64,000 nucleotides of DNA from Owenia fusiformis (Eukaryota): assembly GCA_903813345.2 (NCBI GenBank), contig CAIIXF020000001.1, positions 248,001 through 312,000 on the forward strand, written 5' to 3'. Numbering within the stretch: position 1 is the first letter of the stretch; every line of letters begins with the position of its first letter. The notes under the pieces were generated by a model. It worked only from the letters and a program-made list of their open reading frames with translations. It made no database searches and had not been told where the DNA came from. Position numbers and translations under genes: made by a program. Of this stretch, positions 29,701-44,700 are shown in pieces.

Positions 29701-32700
29701 TGAATAATACACATTCAAAGTATTTAAATGTCAATAACTATACAGTAAAACCTGTGCATATGAAACACTCTCCACACTACAGATTGTCCTTAGATTTCAC
29801 TTTGGAAAAGAACACTTTCAAAGTATTTAAATGTCAATAACTATACAGTAAAACCTGTGCATATGAAACACTCTCCACACTACAGATTGTCCTTAGATTT
29901 CACTTTGGAATAGAACACTTTCAAAGTATTTAATTGTCAATAACTATACAGTAAAACCTGTGCATATGAAACACTCTCCACACTACAGATTGTCCTTAGA
30001 TTTCACTTTGGAATAGAACACTTTCAAAGTATTTAAATGTCAATAACTATACAGTAAAACCTGTGCATATGAAACACTCTCCACACTACAGATTGTCCTT
30101 AGATTTCACTTTGGAATAGAACACATTCAAAGTATTTAAATGTCAATAACTATACAGTAAAACCTGTGCATAGGGAACACTCTCCACACTACAGATTGTC
30201 CTTAGATTTCACTTTGGAATAGAACACTTTCAAAGTATTTAAATGTCAATAACTATACAGTAAAACCTGTGCATATGAAACACTCTCCACACTACAGATT
30301 GTCCTTAGATTTCACTTTGGAATAGAACACTTTCAAAGTATTTAAATGTCAATAACAATACAGTAAAACCTGTGCATATGAAACACTCTCCACACTACAG
30401 ATTGTCCTTAGATTTCACTTTAGAATAGAACACTTTCAAAGTATTTAAATGTCAATAACTATACAGTAAAACCTGTGCATATGAAACACTCTCCACATAC
30501 AGATTGTCCTTAGATTTCAATTTTGAATAGAACACTTTCAAAGTATTTAAATGTCAATAACTATACAGTAAAACCTGTGCATAGGGAACACTCTCCACAT
30601 ACAGATTGTCCTTAGATTTCACTTTGGAATAGAACACTTTCAAAGTATTTAAATGTCAATAACTACACAGTAAAACCTGTGCATAGGGAACACTCTCCAC
30701 ACTACAGATTGTCCTTAGATTTCAATTTTGAATAGAACACTTTCAAAGTATTTAAATGTCAATAACTATACAGTAAAACCTGTGCATAGGGAACACTCTC
30801 CACATACAGATTGTCCTTAGATTTCACTTTGGAATAGAACACTTTCAAAGTATTTAAATGTCAATAACTATACAGTAAAACCTGTGCATAGGGAACACTC
30901 TCCACACTACAGATTGTCCTTAGATTTCAATTTTGAATAATACACATTCAAAGTATTTAAATGTCAATAACAATACAGTAAAACCTGTGCATATGAAACA
31001 CTCTCCACACTACAGATTGTCCTTAGATTTCACTTTGGAATAGAACACTTTCAAAGTATTTAAATGTCAATAACTATACAGTAAAACCTGTGCATAGGGA
31101 ACACTCTCCACACTACAGATTGTCCTTAGATTTCACTTTGGAATAGAACACATTCAAAGTATTTAAATGTCAATAACTATACAGTAAAACCTGTGCACAG
31201 GGAACACTCTCCACACTACAGATTGTCCTTAGATTTCACTTTAGAATAGAACACTTTCAAAGTATTTAAATGTCAATAACAATACAGTAAAACCTGTGCA
31301 TATGAAACACTCTCCACACTACAGATTGTCCTTAGATTTCACTTTGGAGTAGAACACTTTCAAAGTATTTAAATGTCAATAACAATACAGTAAAACCTGT
31401 GCATATGAAACACTCTCCACACTACAGATTGTCCTTAGATTTCACTTTAGAATAGAACACTTTCAAAGTATTTAAATGTCAATAACAATACAGTAAAACC
31501 TGTGCATATGAAACACTCTCCACACTACAGATTGTCCTTAGATTTCACTTTAGAATAGAACACTTTCAAAGTATTTAAATGTCAATAACAATACAGTAAA
31601 ACCTGTGCATATGAAACACTCTCCACACTACAGATTGTCCTTAGATTTCACTTTAGAATAGAACACTTTCAAAGTATTTAAATGTCAATAACAATACAGT
31701 AAAACCTGTGCATAGGGAACACTCTCCACACTACAGATTGTCCTTAGATTTCAATTTTGAATAATACACATTCAAAGTATTTAAATGTCAATAACAATAC
31801 AGTAAAACCTGTGCATATGAAACACTCTCCACACTACAGATTGTCCTTAGATTTCACTTTGGAATAGAACACTTTCAAAGTATTTAAATGTCAATAACTA
31901 TACAGTAAAACCTGTGCATAGGGAACACTCTCCACACTACAGATTGTCCTTAGATTTCACTTTGGAATAGAACACATTCAAAGTATTTAAATGTCAATAA
32001 CTATACAGTAAAACCTGTGCACAGGGAACACTCTCCACACTACAGATTGTCCTTAGATTTCACTTGTGAATAGAACACTTTCAAAGTATTTAAATGTCAA
32101 TAACTATACAGTAAAACCTGTGCATATGAAACACTCTCCACACTACAGATTGTCCTTAGATTTCACTTTGGAATAGAACACTTTCAAAGTATTTAAATGT
32201 CAATAACAATACAGTAAAACCTGTGCATATGAAACACTCTCCACACTACAGATTGTCCTTAGATTTCACTTTGGAATAGAACACTTTCAAAGTATTTAAA
32301 TGTCAATAACTATACAGTAAAACCTGTGCATATGAAACACTCTCCACACTACAGATTGTCCTTAGATTTCACTTTGGAATAGAACACATTCAAAGTATTT
32401 AAATGTCAATAACTATACAGTAAAACCTGTGCATATGAAACACTCTCCACACTACAGATTGTCCTTAGATTTCACTTTGGAAAAGAACACATTCAAAGTA
32501 TTTAAATGTCAATAACTATACAGTAAAACCTGTGCATAGGGAACACTCTCCGCACTACAGATTGTCCTTAGATTTCAATTTTGAAATAGAACACTTTCAG
32601 TTTGGCTTGGCAATTTTCTTGTCCTCCTTTTATAAGTATGGCCTAGAGATAAATAACTTATTTTTGTTCTCATAATTGAGCATGTGAATGGATTTCAAAA

Positions 32701-35700
32701 CATCTAGTTTAGTGTTCATGGATGCAGAAAGTTACCCGAAAATGATATATCCATTGCATGCAGTAAGTAATTTTTTTTGGTATAACCAAACATATGAGTT
32801 AAAAATAAATTGTGTGGTTTTCTTAATGTTTTTACGAAAAATAACACGCTCTGACACAGCAGACAGATTTTTCGATACCAGCCTGTGAAAATAAAAATAA
32901 TTTCATGGATTTCATGGAACACAAAACTTTTTGGAATGGCTTGAATCAACTTTCTAAATGGTTCTAAAAACTCTAATAAATATGATATCACCATTTCAAA
33001 TTGATTTAAAATATTTTTGAATCAGAATTAATCATTGAAATAAAATGAAATAATTTCAAATGTTGATTAAATTAACACAATTCATGAATGATTTTTACAT
33101 AATCATGTCCTTGTGAACCTGGGATGAAGATAGAAACTACAAAGATATGAATAAATACAACTTATGATTCCTGACAACCCAACAGCCTAGCCTAGTAACA
33201 GTATGTACATGACAATACATGACACATGAAGACACAAGAAAATTGGTCAATTTGAAGCAAGTTGAAATACCTTTTTTACCGTGAGAAGGTCATTGAAGGT
33301 CAATCTTTTTTGACCTTGAAGGATGTCATTTAAGGTCAAATCTTTAGTCAGCGTTGAAGTTTTGAGAACTTGTAGATGATTTTGAAAATAAATTGGTCAA
33401 TTTGGAGCAAGACCCTTTTTACCTTGAGAAGGTTATTGAAGGTCAAATCTTAAATCTAAAGTCAGATTTACACTTTTGATAACTTGTAGATGATTTGTTT
33501 TGATAACTTGTAGATAATTTTGAAAAAAATTGTCAATTTGAAGCAAGTTGAAAAAAGACATTTTTGACCTTTTTTAACCTTTTTTGACCTTGAAAAGGTT
33601 ATTGAAGGTCAAATCTTAAATCTAAAGTCAGATTTACACTTTTGATAACTTGTAGATGATTTGTTTTGATAACTTGTAGATGATTTTGAAAAAAATTGTC
33701 AATTTGAAGCAAGTTGAAAAAAGACATTTTTGACCTTTTTTAACCTTTTTTGACCTTGAAAAGGTCATTGAAGGTCAATCTTTAAGTACTAAGTCAGATT
33801 TGAACTTCTGAAAACTTGTAGATGATTTTGAAAAAAATTGAAGTCAGTCTAAATGGTATTTGTTAAGTTATTGGAAGTTGTAAGCTTTGTTACAGATGCC
33901 GATCGCAGCGAACCGCCGCCACAAGAAACGGAGACCATAACAATTGGTCACCACTTTTTGGTGGTGACATAACAAATCTGGAAGATTTATTTTTTAAGAG
34001 AAAGTTTACAATTGAATGGCTAATTGAATAGGCGCACAACATGGAGAAATATGTTAGGTCTTCTAGGATTTTTTTTGAACTGATGGGCTTCTAAGATATA
34101 AGATCTAAAAAGGCGCAGCATCACCAAGGTGCGAAATGCCAATGTTTTTTGCTTTAAATCAAGCAATACATGACCTGCTATAAATACTTGTAAGTGACCT
34201 TATTGCCAAAGAACTATTGCCATTGTTGGTTTTGTAAAATATGTTACCAACTTTATATAAAAAATAATCGAAAATAATCAAAATTGAATATAGGGGGAGG
34301 AGTGAATGGAGGGGGGAGTAATTTGTCTATAAGACATATGAGAGATGTAACTTGACTTTGTTTCTAACTCATCAGAGTTGGAACAAATTTATGATGAAAA
34401 CAATGTACAAATTTCACAAATGACAGATAGATAGTATTGAAGTTACAGATGCAAAAATGTGAGTTGGGGACATTTGGCGATAAATCACTGACATTTCTTT
34501 CAACTTTAAAGACATATTACTCCCCCTTCCATTCACTCCCCCCTCTGTTCACTTTTAGTTATTTAAGATTATTTTTATCTAACATATGGAAACTTATTTT
34601 TAAATAAATAGTACCGTGGGTACTGGGCTCACATGGTGTTGCTCAAAAGTGAATGATGGCTAAAATGGCAGTAAATAAAAAAATGGATATAATTCTTTGC
34701 CAATTTTTTGCCGATTTTTGTGACAAAATTATTTCATACAATTACTTTTTACAGTGAAAGAGCTTTTTACAATGTAGGACACCTGAAATTATTTGTAAGG
34801 CTAGGAAATGGGCCAAATGTGAATTTCCCGAGACTATGGCAGCCATTTTGAAAATAGGTGAGCTTTTGAGCAGGAGTCATAGGGGGGTTTTCTATATTGA
34901 TGTTGAACAAAAATAAATTAAAATGGGAATCCAAGGTTTTAAAACGGGCCAATTGTTGACAGACGGAGGGACAGACAGATAGACGGACGCATGGACAGAC
35001 AGATGGACAGACGGACAAGTGAGTTATTGCAATAGCTCACCATGTGAGCTAATAATAATAAAAAACAGCAAAGACATTAATTTTGTGATAATAATGTCAC
35101 TTATAAGTATTCATAATAGGTCGTGTAGACCATTATTGCTTGATTTATAGCAAAAACACTGACATTTGCACATTGTGACGCTGTGCCTTTGTTAATAGAT
35201 CTTATATCTTAGAAGTATATCGGTTCAAAAAAAACCTAGACCTCACATATTTTCCCATTTCGTGCATCTATTTTATTAGCGATACTTTCTCTTAAAAAAA
35301 TAAATCTTCCAGATTTGTTGAATTTTCTAGCAATGTTCAGCTACTGCCCCCTCCATTTATTTCTTCCGATTACCAGGCGTGTAAAAGGTCAAGTCAGTGA
35401 TGGCCTATAGTGCAGATGTGTGACAATGTTCCACCTTGGATTAAGTACTAAGTTTACTTAATACATCATAGTGTCTATAGCAATCAATAGTCCCTAGAGG
35501 TTTATCACTAAATCAACAGACCCTTACATAAGAATGGAGATTAAAGTACTTTCCAGGAGAAAACATTAGTTTAGTTGAGAGAATTATCTGGAAATAGAAT
35601 TATGTAATTAGAGTGGTGTATTGAACTTGTAAGTTGAGATCTTTACTTGCCTTAACTGAATTAACTAAATACAGCAGCTCAACAGGATGATGGAAAATTC

Positions 35701-38700
35701 AAAGGTGATGGCCATTTTGAAAAGTAGAGCTTATCTGTGGCATTGAGAAAATACAAAAATGTTTTTAAAACCAAAGGATTCAATATCCTTAACAAAAGAA
35801 TAATAACTAGATTTGTGAAATTGAACAAGTTCAATTTAAGACTCCAGATTTATTTGACCTAGATAGATCAGTAAAGAGCTGAGTAAGTAACTGAGTAATT
35901 AGCTGAGTAAGTACCTTAGTAGTAGTTGAGTTAGTAGCTGAGTAAGTAACTGAGTAAAAAGCTGAGTAGGTAGCTGAGTAAGTAGCTGAGTAAGTACCTG
36001 AGTTAGTAGCTGAGTAAGTTGCTAAGTAAGTAATAACTAATTAAGTAATTGAGTAAGTAGTCAAATAAGTAGCTGAGTAGGTAGAGAGGTAAAGTAGGGT
36101 ATGCAGGAATTTTTGAAAGTATATTTGATCAATCTGCATCGTGAATACTGGCAAGTGCGAATTTCAAACTTCAAAATGGCGTAGAATCTAAACCGGGGGT
36201 CGGATTGCAATTTTAATTTCAGATCCGGATTCCTGAGGAAATTCTACCCCTAATTCATAACTCATACTTTAAAATTGGAGATTTTTTTATTTTGACCTAC
36301 ATTTCGGACACCATATCTCAAAAGTGGGTCAAAAAACTTATTGACGGCAAAATGTTACATTATTAGCACACTCTTTGCTACAAGTATACAAAATTTCGGA
36401 GAATATCATTGAAGTGTAGTGTCAGAATCGCAAAATAAAAAAAACTATGAATTTGACCTAGATTTTGAACTAGGTATTTTGGTGTCCAAACTTTGAAGGA
36501 AAGTAGCTTTTGAGGTCCCCTTCTTCTATGGGCTTTCATTATGTTTAGCTGTACTCATTCTTTATCTCGTATTTTTACACTTCAAAAAATTATTCGGTCC
36601 CATTGATTTAACATGGGGCACCAAATTTAGCGATTTTTGAGATCTCAAAACGCCATAACTTCAGAACAAGTAGTCGGACCGAAATTTGGTTTGCAGATCT
36701 AGATTTCTGAGAAAATTCTACCCTTAATTCATAACTCATACGTTAAATTTGGAAAACTTTTTACTTTGGCCTACTTTTTGGACACCATATCTCAAAAGTG
36801 GGTCAAAATACTTTCTGACGGCAAAACGCTAACACTATTAGCATACTCTTTGCTACCTGTATACAACATTTTAAAGCAAATCATTTAAATATAGTGTCAG
36901 AATCGCAAAAATAAGGGATAACTATAAATTTGACCTAGATTTTGACCTAGGCATTTTGGTGTCCAAATTTGGGAGCTAAGTAGCCTTTGAGGTCCCCTTC
37001 TTTAATAGCTTTCATTATATTAAGCTGAACTCAGTCTATATCTTGTATTTTACACTTCACAAAAATCTTTTTTTTCCATTGACATAACATGGGGCACCAA
37101 ATTTAGCGATTTTTGAGCTATCAAAACGACATAAATTCCAAACCAAAAGTCGGATTTAAATTTGGTTTGCAGATTTGGATTCCTGAGAAAATTCTACCCT
37201 TAATTCATAACTCATACGTTAAATTTGGAGAATTTTTTAGTTTGACCTACTTTTCGGACACCATATCTCAAAAGTGGGTCAAAATACTTTCTGACGGCAA
37301 AAGGCTTACACTATTAGCACACTCTTGGCTACATGTATACAAATTTTTGAAGAATATAAATAATCTGTAGTGTCAGAATCGCAAAATTAAGGAAAAACTT
37401 TGAATTTGACCTAGATTTTGACCTAGGCATTTTGGTGTCCAAATGTTTATGAAAAGAAGGTCTTGTGGTCCCTTTCTTTTATGGGCTTCCATTATGTTTA
37501 GCTGTGCTTAGTCTATATCTTGTATTTTACACTTCAAAAAAATATTTTTTCCCCTTGAATTAACATGGGGCACCAAATTTAGCGATTTTTGAATTTTCAA
37601 AACGCCATAACTTCTGAACCGGAAGTCGGATCGAAATTTGGTTTTCAGATTCTGAATCCTGACGAAATTCTACCCCTAATTCATAACATATACGTTAAAT
37701 TTGGATTTTTTTTATTTTGACCTACTTTTTGGACACGCCATAACTTCCGAACCGGAAGTCGGATCGAAATTTGGTTTGCAGATTCGGATTTCTGAGAAAA
37801 TTCTACCCTAAATTCATAACTCATACGTTGAATTTGGAGAACTTTTTATTTTGACCTACTTTTCGGACACCATATCTCAAAAGTGGGTCAAAATACTTTC
37901 TGACGGCAAAAGGCTAACACTATTAGCACACTCTTCGCTACCTGTCTACAAAATTTGGAAACAAATCATTAAAGTGTAGTGTCAGAATCGCAAAAATAAG
38001 TTAAAACTTTGAATTTGACCTAGATTTTGACCTAGGCATTTTGGTGTCCAAATTTTTATGAAAAGAAGGTCTTGTGGTCCCTTTCTTTTATGGGCTTCCA
38101 TTATGTTTAGCTGTGCTTAGTCTATATCTCGTATTTTACACTTCAAAAAAATATTTTTTCCCATTGAATTAACATGGGGCACCAAATTTAGCGATTTTTG
38201 AATTTTCAAAACGCCATAACTTCTGAACCGGAAATCAGATCGAAATTTGGTTTTCAGATTCTGAATCCCGAGAAAATTTCCTATAAGACTGATATCCTCG
38301 ACATTGGATTCGGTGAAATTTGTTTTGGACCTCGTTTTCGGACACTGATATCTCGAAATCGGTTTGAGATACCAAAAAACTAAATCGACCCTAGGTTTTC
38401 TACTTTTTTATGAGGAACACAATGAAAAAAACCAGGATCAAAAATATTGAAGGACGACCGAGATAATGGGAAAAAGTGACAAAGTACTGGATTTGACCTA
38501 GTTCTTGACCTTTGACCTAGATAAAAATTTGACCTAATTTCCCAGAAAGCCAGATACATTCCCTAGTTAATCATGTAAGCAGCTTAAAGTAAGCTCTTCT
38601 AGTTGGTGAGAAATCTGGGAAGGAGGAAGAAGAAGAATAATAATAATAATAAAGAAAACTGGCAAAAGCAATAGACTCCAGATTTTCATCTGGAGTCTAA

Positions 38701-41700
38701 TTACCCCTCACATAGGCATCCACAGGGAGGCTGCATTTTGCCAAGTTTTTTGAGGTAAGGAAGCTACATGTATAGGCTTCAAGATAATTTATTTTGGGGT
38801 TTATTTGGGAATCAAAAATTGAGACATTAAATCAAGTAGGCATCACACATTAGGTAGCCCAGTTCAATTTGTTCAAATTAAAACACTTATTACACAAAAC
38901 CATTTATTCACCATCGGTCCATAGTGCAACACAAATATAAGCCAAATCTGCCTAATGGTATTCAAGTAATTTCCTGAACAGATGGGAGGACTGATTTTAA
39001 GGGAGCATCAATAAAATTGTAAATAAACTGCTTCGATCTATTTCTACTCGGAAACGGTACAGAGAATATTCACTAAATGCTTTATATTGGGGGCTTTGTA
39101 ATTTCCCTAGTCTACATAATCCCTCGTGTTGCTTTGTATAATGCACCTTGTGACGCACATCAACTCCCAACTCCCACACACATGCACACAATGGATGTGT
39201 AGTATCTACTTAAACATGAATATACCGTTGCAATTCAGATTCAGTAAAAAAGGTAACCATGGTAACAAAGAATATAATGCAGAGTGATTGTGTTTGTTGA
39301 TCATCTGAGTGACACTTGGATTTAATAGAAGTATTGATCTAAAGGGATTACTGATGAAATCATTGGATAAGGTAGCATTAACACAACATCATCATGTAAT
39401 ATGCACTCCTGCTTGTAAGGTGATGGTAATGTCAATTAAGAAGCAAAACACAAGAACCTGCCTAATACCTGCATGCTCAGATAGAAACACTTATCGGGTA
39501 CATGTATGTCCCTCTGAAAAGGTTAATCCACTAGAGACACTGGATATGATGAAATGTGAAGCAATTTGGTACACAAAGGAACACTCGATATCATGAATAT
39601 GTTATTGTCAGTTATTGTTATTTATTGGCTTTCAAATGCACAGAATAGGCTTGTGAGATTAACATGGACATCAATGGAATATCAATCAGGGAATAGCATG
39701 TCATACTGTCATCATATTGATAACTATATAAAATAGAAAACAATCAACATGAAAACCAGCAGGGCATGACTACATTCTACAGGGATCACATTTGTTAGTC
39801 TTAACTGTTGTTAGCCATTGGGAGATAAATGTCCACTGACATTTTAGAAACAAGGCATGAAATAAACATGATCAGATAAATATTTTGCAAGGGAATAGTA
39901 TTAATTGGATGAGGACTCTACCAATATAGTTGCTACCGGCAACTGATTTTATTATTTATCTTGGTGGTATGGAGCAAGCATGGTGGACAAACCCTAGTAA
40001 GTATATAAAATCTGATGAATATATAAGGAAAATCATTATTAGCTGGCCTGTTATTATCTCAATAGATCAATAAGGCACAATCATTAGTGAAGAAGTGCTT
40101 CTACAAGCAACTAGTTAATAATGACAACTTCACAAAGAGCATATCCTATTGAACAAAGGATTGTTATGATTAATGGTGGATGCTTTATTTTATTTTAATA
40201 TGTTAGCAACATTACACCTGGCAGGCTCTTTATCAAATAGGATCAAAGGATCACTATTAGGCCTTGTTTACCATCCCTTGGGGAATTTACTGTAAAATGA
40301 AATACATAATTTCACCATAATATAGAAAAGTGCAGTATATTATGGAATATGAGTATCCACCATAATATAGATAAGTGCAGTATATTATGGAATATGAGTA
40401 TTCACCATAATATAGATAAGTGCAGTATATTATGGAATATGAGTATTCACCATAATATAGATAAGTGCAGTATATTATGGAATATGAGTATTCACCATAA
40501 TATAGATAAGTGCAGTATATTATGGAATATGAGTATTCACCATAATATAGATAAGTGCAGTATATTATGGAATATGAATATTCACCATAATATAGATAAG
40601 TGCAGTACATTATGGAATATGAGTATTCACCATAATATAGATAAGTGCAGTATATTATGGAATATGAGTATTCACCATAATATAGATAAGTGCAGTATAT
40701 TATGGAATATGAGTATTCACCATAATATAGATAAGTGCAGTATATTATGGAATATGAGTATTCACCATAATATAGATAAGTGCAGTATATTATGGAATAT
40801 GAATATTCACCATAATATAGATAAGTGCAGTACATTATGGAATATGAGTATTCACCATAATATAGATAAGTGCAGTATATTATGGAATATGAGTATCCAC
40901 CATAATATAGATAAGTGCAGTATATTATGGAATATGAGTATTCACCATAATATAGATAAGTGCAATTATATTATGGAATATGAGTATTCACCATAATATA
41001 GATAAGTGCAGTATATTATGGAATATGAGTATTTACCTTCTGGCATAAATGACTTGAAGTGTTTTATTTTTCAGGTGCAAAAGACAAGTGCAAGAATTGA
41101 TAACAATTTGTCAGCAACAAGATTAGAATTTGGAACACGAAACAAAGGCAATCAATTATTTGCATTCTGTTTCAAATGCAATCACTATTACACGAGAGGC
41201 AAAGAGATCCATACTGAGACAAGCAACAGTGGAGAATATCCTAGTGGGTGATTAACTGACAATGGGGAATGAGTTGTGCTTCTGTATCCTCAGTGACACT
41301 GATGACAGCAGTGACACTAATGAACATAGTGAACATGTGCCTCTGCAAAAGTTCAACCAGAACAACCTGGACAGAATACCAGATCACAAACAATCAAAGG
41401 TTCCTATCATTGAGAACACCCAGAATGATAATGGAATGGACATCCATAGTGACAGACCACATGATTTATTCTCTCATGACGTGACTAACATGGATCCTGG
41501 ACTCCTAAGCTGTAGAAGTTGCTATGAACGTTATGGTCAAGAAGAGAGACAGCCATTTATTCCAGACAAAAAACACTCGTTATGCAGTATATGCTATGAT
41601 AACATGAAAGAGGTGCATGGTGAACCGTTCCCTTGTCACATGTGTCATGATTCTATTTATTCAGCGCCATGTAAGAAAATTAAGTTCACTGATCCATATG

Positions 41701-44700
41701 ACATTGACATGTTAGAGCTAATTGAGGCCTGGGATGCCAAGCATGGGGCCTCACATAAGCATGGAGCCTCACATAAGCATGGGGCCTCACATAAGCATAG
41801 GGCCTCACATCACCACTGAGTATGGACAACAAAGGACAATTTCAATTTTTAAAGTCTTTGTTAAAATTATTGTTAATTGTGCAGTTAAGTGAACCAGAAA
41901 CATATAAAATGCTGTTAGTATTGGTCATCATTAGTAAAAACTTATTTTTCAAAAGTTTGACATCAAACTAATAAAATTACACTACAGCCTATTTTCTGGT
42001 GTGACTCATTCGCTAGAATTAAATGAAGGACCCATGGCCCTGTGCTCACACAGTATAGAACCTTTAGAGGAATATTGATTTGATTTGATTTGATTTGATT
42101 TGTAGTCTCGAACTTTGAGAAACTAAGATAGCACAGTTTGAGACCTAGTTTGATGACCTTGACCTTTGACCTTGAAAATTTAAGTTTTTCTGAGCTCAGT
42201 AGGTCTTTTGTGATTAAGCCAAAATTTGAATCTAAAAATCAATTTGAATAATCAACTTTGTGACCTTAAAAAGGTCACTGAAGGTCAGAAAATGTTACCT
42301 TTTGACATCAAAATCGGTAATTTATCAGGTAAATTCACTGAAGGAAGGAAAAATTTACTTATTGACGTCAAAATCAGCAATTTCACGGGTTTCTGCAAAC
42401 TTGGGAAATGGCGAAGACTGGTCAAATAGGCATTATGGATATGCATAAAATGAATGTGGATATGACTCCAATATGAATATAGCAGTTTCAATTTGTGTGG
42501 CCAATGTTGATGGACGTCATTTGTTGCTGCTGCATCAGTGTCTTCATTTGTTGCCTTTTTTCTTCTTTATTGTCTTCTTTTTTCTTTCTTTGACTTGATT
42601 GTCTTGTATTAGATTGTGAATGTGATGTTTGTAATTTTCTTTTTTCAGTATCCAGACTTGAGACATAGGTGGGTTAAACATTTTGATCCAGCCAGAAAAC
42701 TCTCCCCTTACGTTTACTGGTTCTTTCGTTGTCTTATACATGTATTGGATATGTCTTCAATCATGATGTGTCTTCTTACTTCTCTTAGTTTACTCTCTTT
42801 GCGGAGAGTAATACTTCTTCTTTCATGGTCATTTGTTAATTTTGTCAGATGGACCAACGGATGGATGGACAGACGGACAGACGCCAAGTCGATCCCAAAG
42901 ACTCACTGTGTGAGCCAATTCAAATTGACACAAGTTGAAAAATACCCATTATTATCATATTTTAACATCAAATATTGGTAAAAAAACAGTAACAATTTAA
43001 TCCTAACATATACTAAGTAATTTGTAGAGTGGTTAAATCTAGTAAGAATTTAATTCACTGCAAGAAATGATGAAGTATAAGGACAAACTTTGAGAAACTT
43101 GTCAATCACAAAACCTGCCACTCTTGACTTAATACATGAGAGAGTTCACTGAAAATGTCCTACTTTTTGTAAAGTGTTAATTGTTTTGTCAATTTAATTC
43201 CAAGAGCTTTGAAATCTTCAGAGAACATATGTTGCACATACAGCAACTATCACTACTCATATGAAAGTTTTAACAAAGTGTCTGGTATTTAGAGAAAATT
43301 TGACTTTTTGACGTCAAAATTGGCAATATCTCAGAAACCAGGTGAACTTGGTAAATGGCGGTGAAAGGTAAAATAGGCAGTATGGATGCATAAATGAAAT
43401 TGGATATGACTCGATACAAATTGAAGTTTTAATTTGTGTGGCAAATGTTGACGTTATACGCAATATTACTAAACACAAGTGAAATTCGGAAGAATGAATG
43501 GACCAACAGACGGACGGACAGATGGACCAACGGATGGATGAACAGATGGATGGATGGAAGCCTAGACAATCTCATAGGCTCACCGTGTGATCCAAAAATA
43601 TAAGACTTACCTTAAGAATAAGGCTGTCACTTACTGCCTGAAGTTAGTAAACATTAATGAATGTCAGCACATAGACTTTGTTGCGTCAACCATTTAGCAT
43701 AAGCACAATATTCAAGAGATATTTAGTTAACTGTAAAACTCACTTTCTTCTTCATGAGTCCTGGAAGTTATATTACACACTACAACCGAACACATGTGAA
43801 ATTCAAATTTTTGGTTCACTTTATTTTGAGCACACATGTGCACATGTTAGTCACTTTGAACTATACTTTCACATTTAAATGGCGAGTCGATCTGTAAATG
43901 AAGTCCTTTTTATTTTACATGCAAAAAAATAACCAGAAGAAGCAAACTTTGTGCAGATTTCCCCTATTGTAAAGATAAAATTAAAAATTGCCTAACATTT
44001 ATTTATCAGCTACTATGCTTAAAATAAAGCTGATATAGTTACATTTAAGAATTTTTCCCAACTTCTGGAAGGTAAATGATTGTCTCAATCTTCAGCTTAT
44101 TTTAATTTGGTATCTAGCGAGTCAGTCAGGAGTTAAAATATGCTATCATTCATATACGATTCATATCAAATCATTGTTCCTATGCTTTAACATGGAACTT
44201 TCTTTAGCCAGTGAATAACGAACAAGATAACAACAACGCCAAGGCATAGCAAATCCCAAAGAACAGCATTGGCTGCCATTTTTGAAAATGGCTGCCTATT
44301 AGCCAAATTGTCACCCAAGAGTGTCATATGCTGCTTACTGTTCAAATATAAAATTTCAACAGAACAGATCCTTTACTCTTCCAGTTAATGCAAAATTCGT
44401 AAAGTATCACACATAAAAATTCGCTCCACTACATGTCCAGTAAACAACAGCGTAAAATAGCATACATACTGCAAAGTTGCTGCCATATTTTAAAATGGCC
44501 ACTCATGAGCCAAATCATCACAGGAGGCACAACGTGCTTCTAATTATTCACATATAATTTCAACAAAGTAGCTCCTTTACTTCTCCAGTTAAGGCAAAAA
44601 ATGCAAAATAACACACATAATAAAAATGGTGACCATTTTTCAAAATGGCTGTGCACTGGCAAAATTGTCATAAAAGTATAAACAGGGTGGTCCAAAAAAA

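Noticed and set aside
40287-40996. 182-aa and 215-aa repetitive ORFs on both strands
   Set aside because: By-products of a 45-bp (multiple of 3) unit lacking stops in some frames; no domain or splice support.
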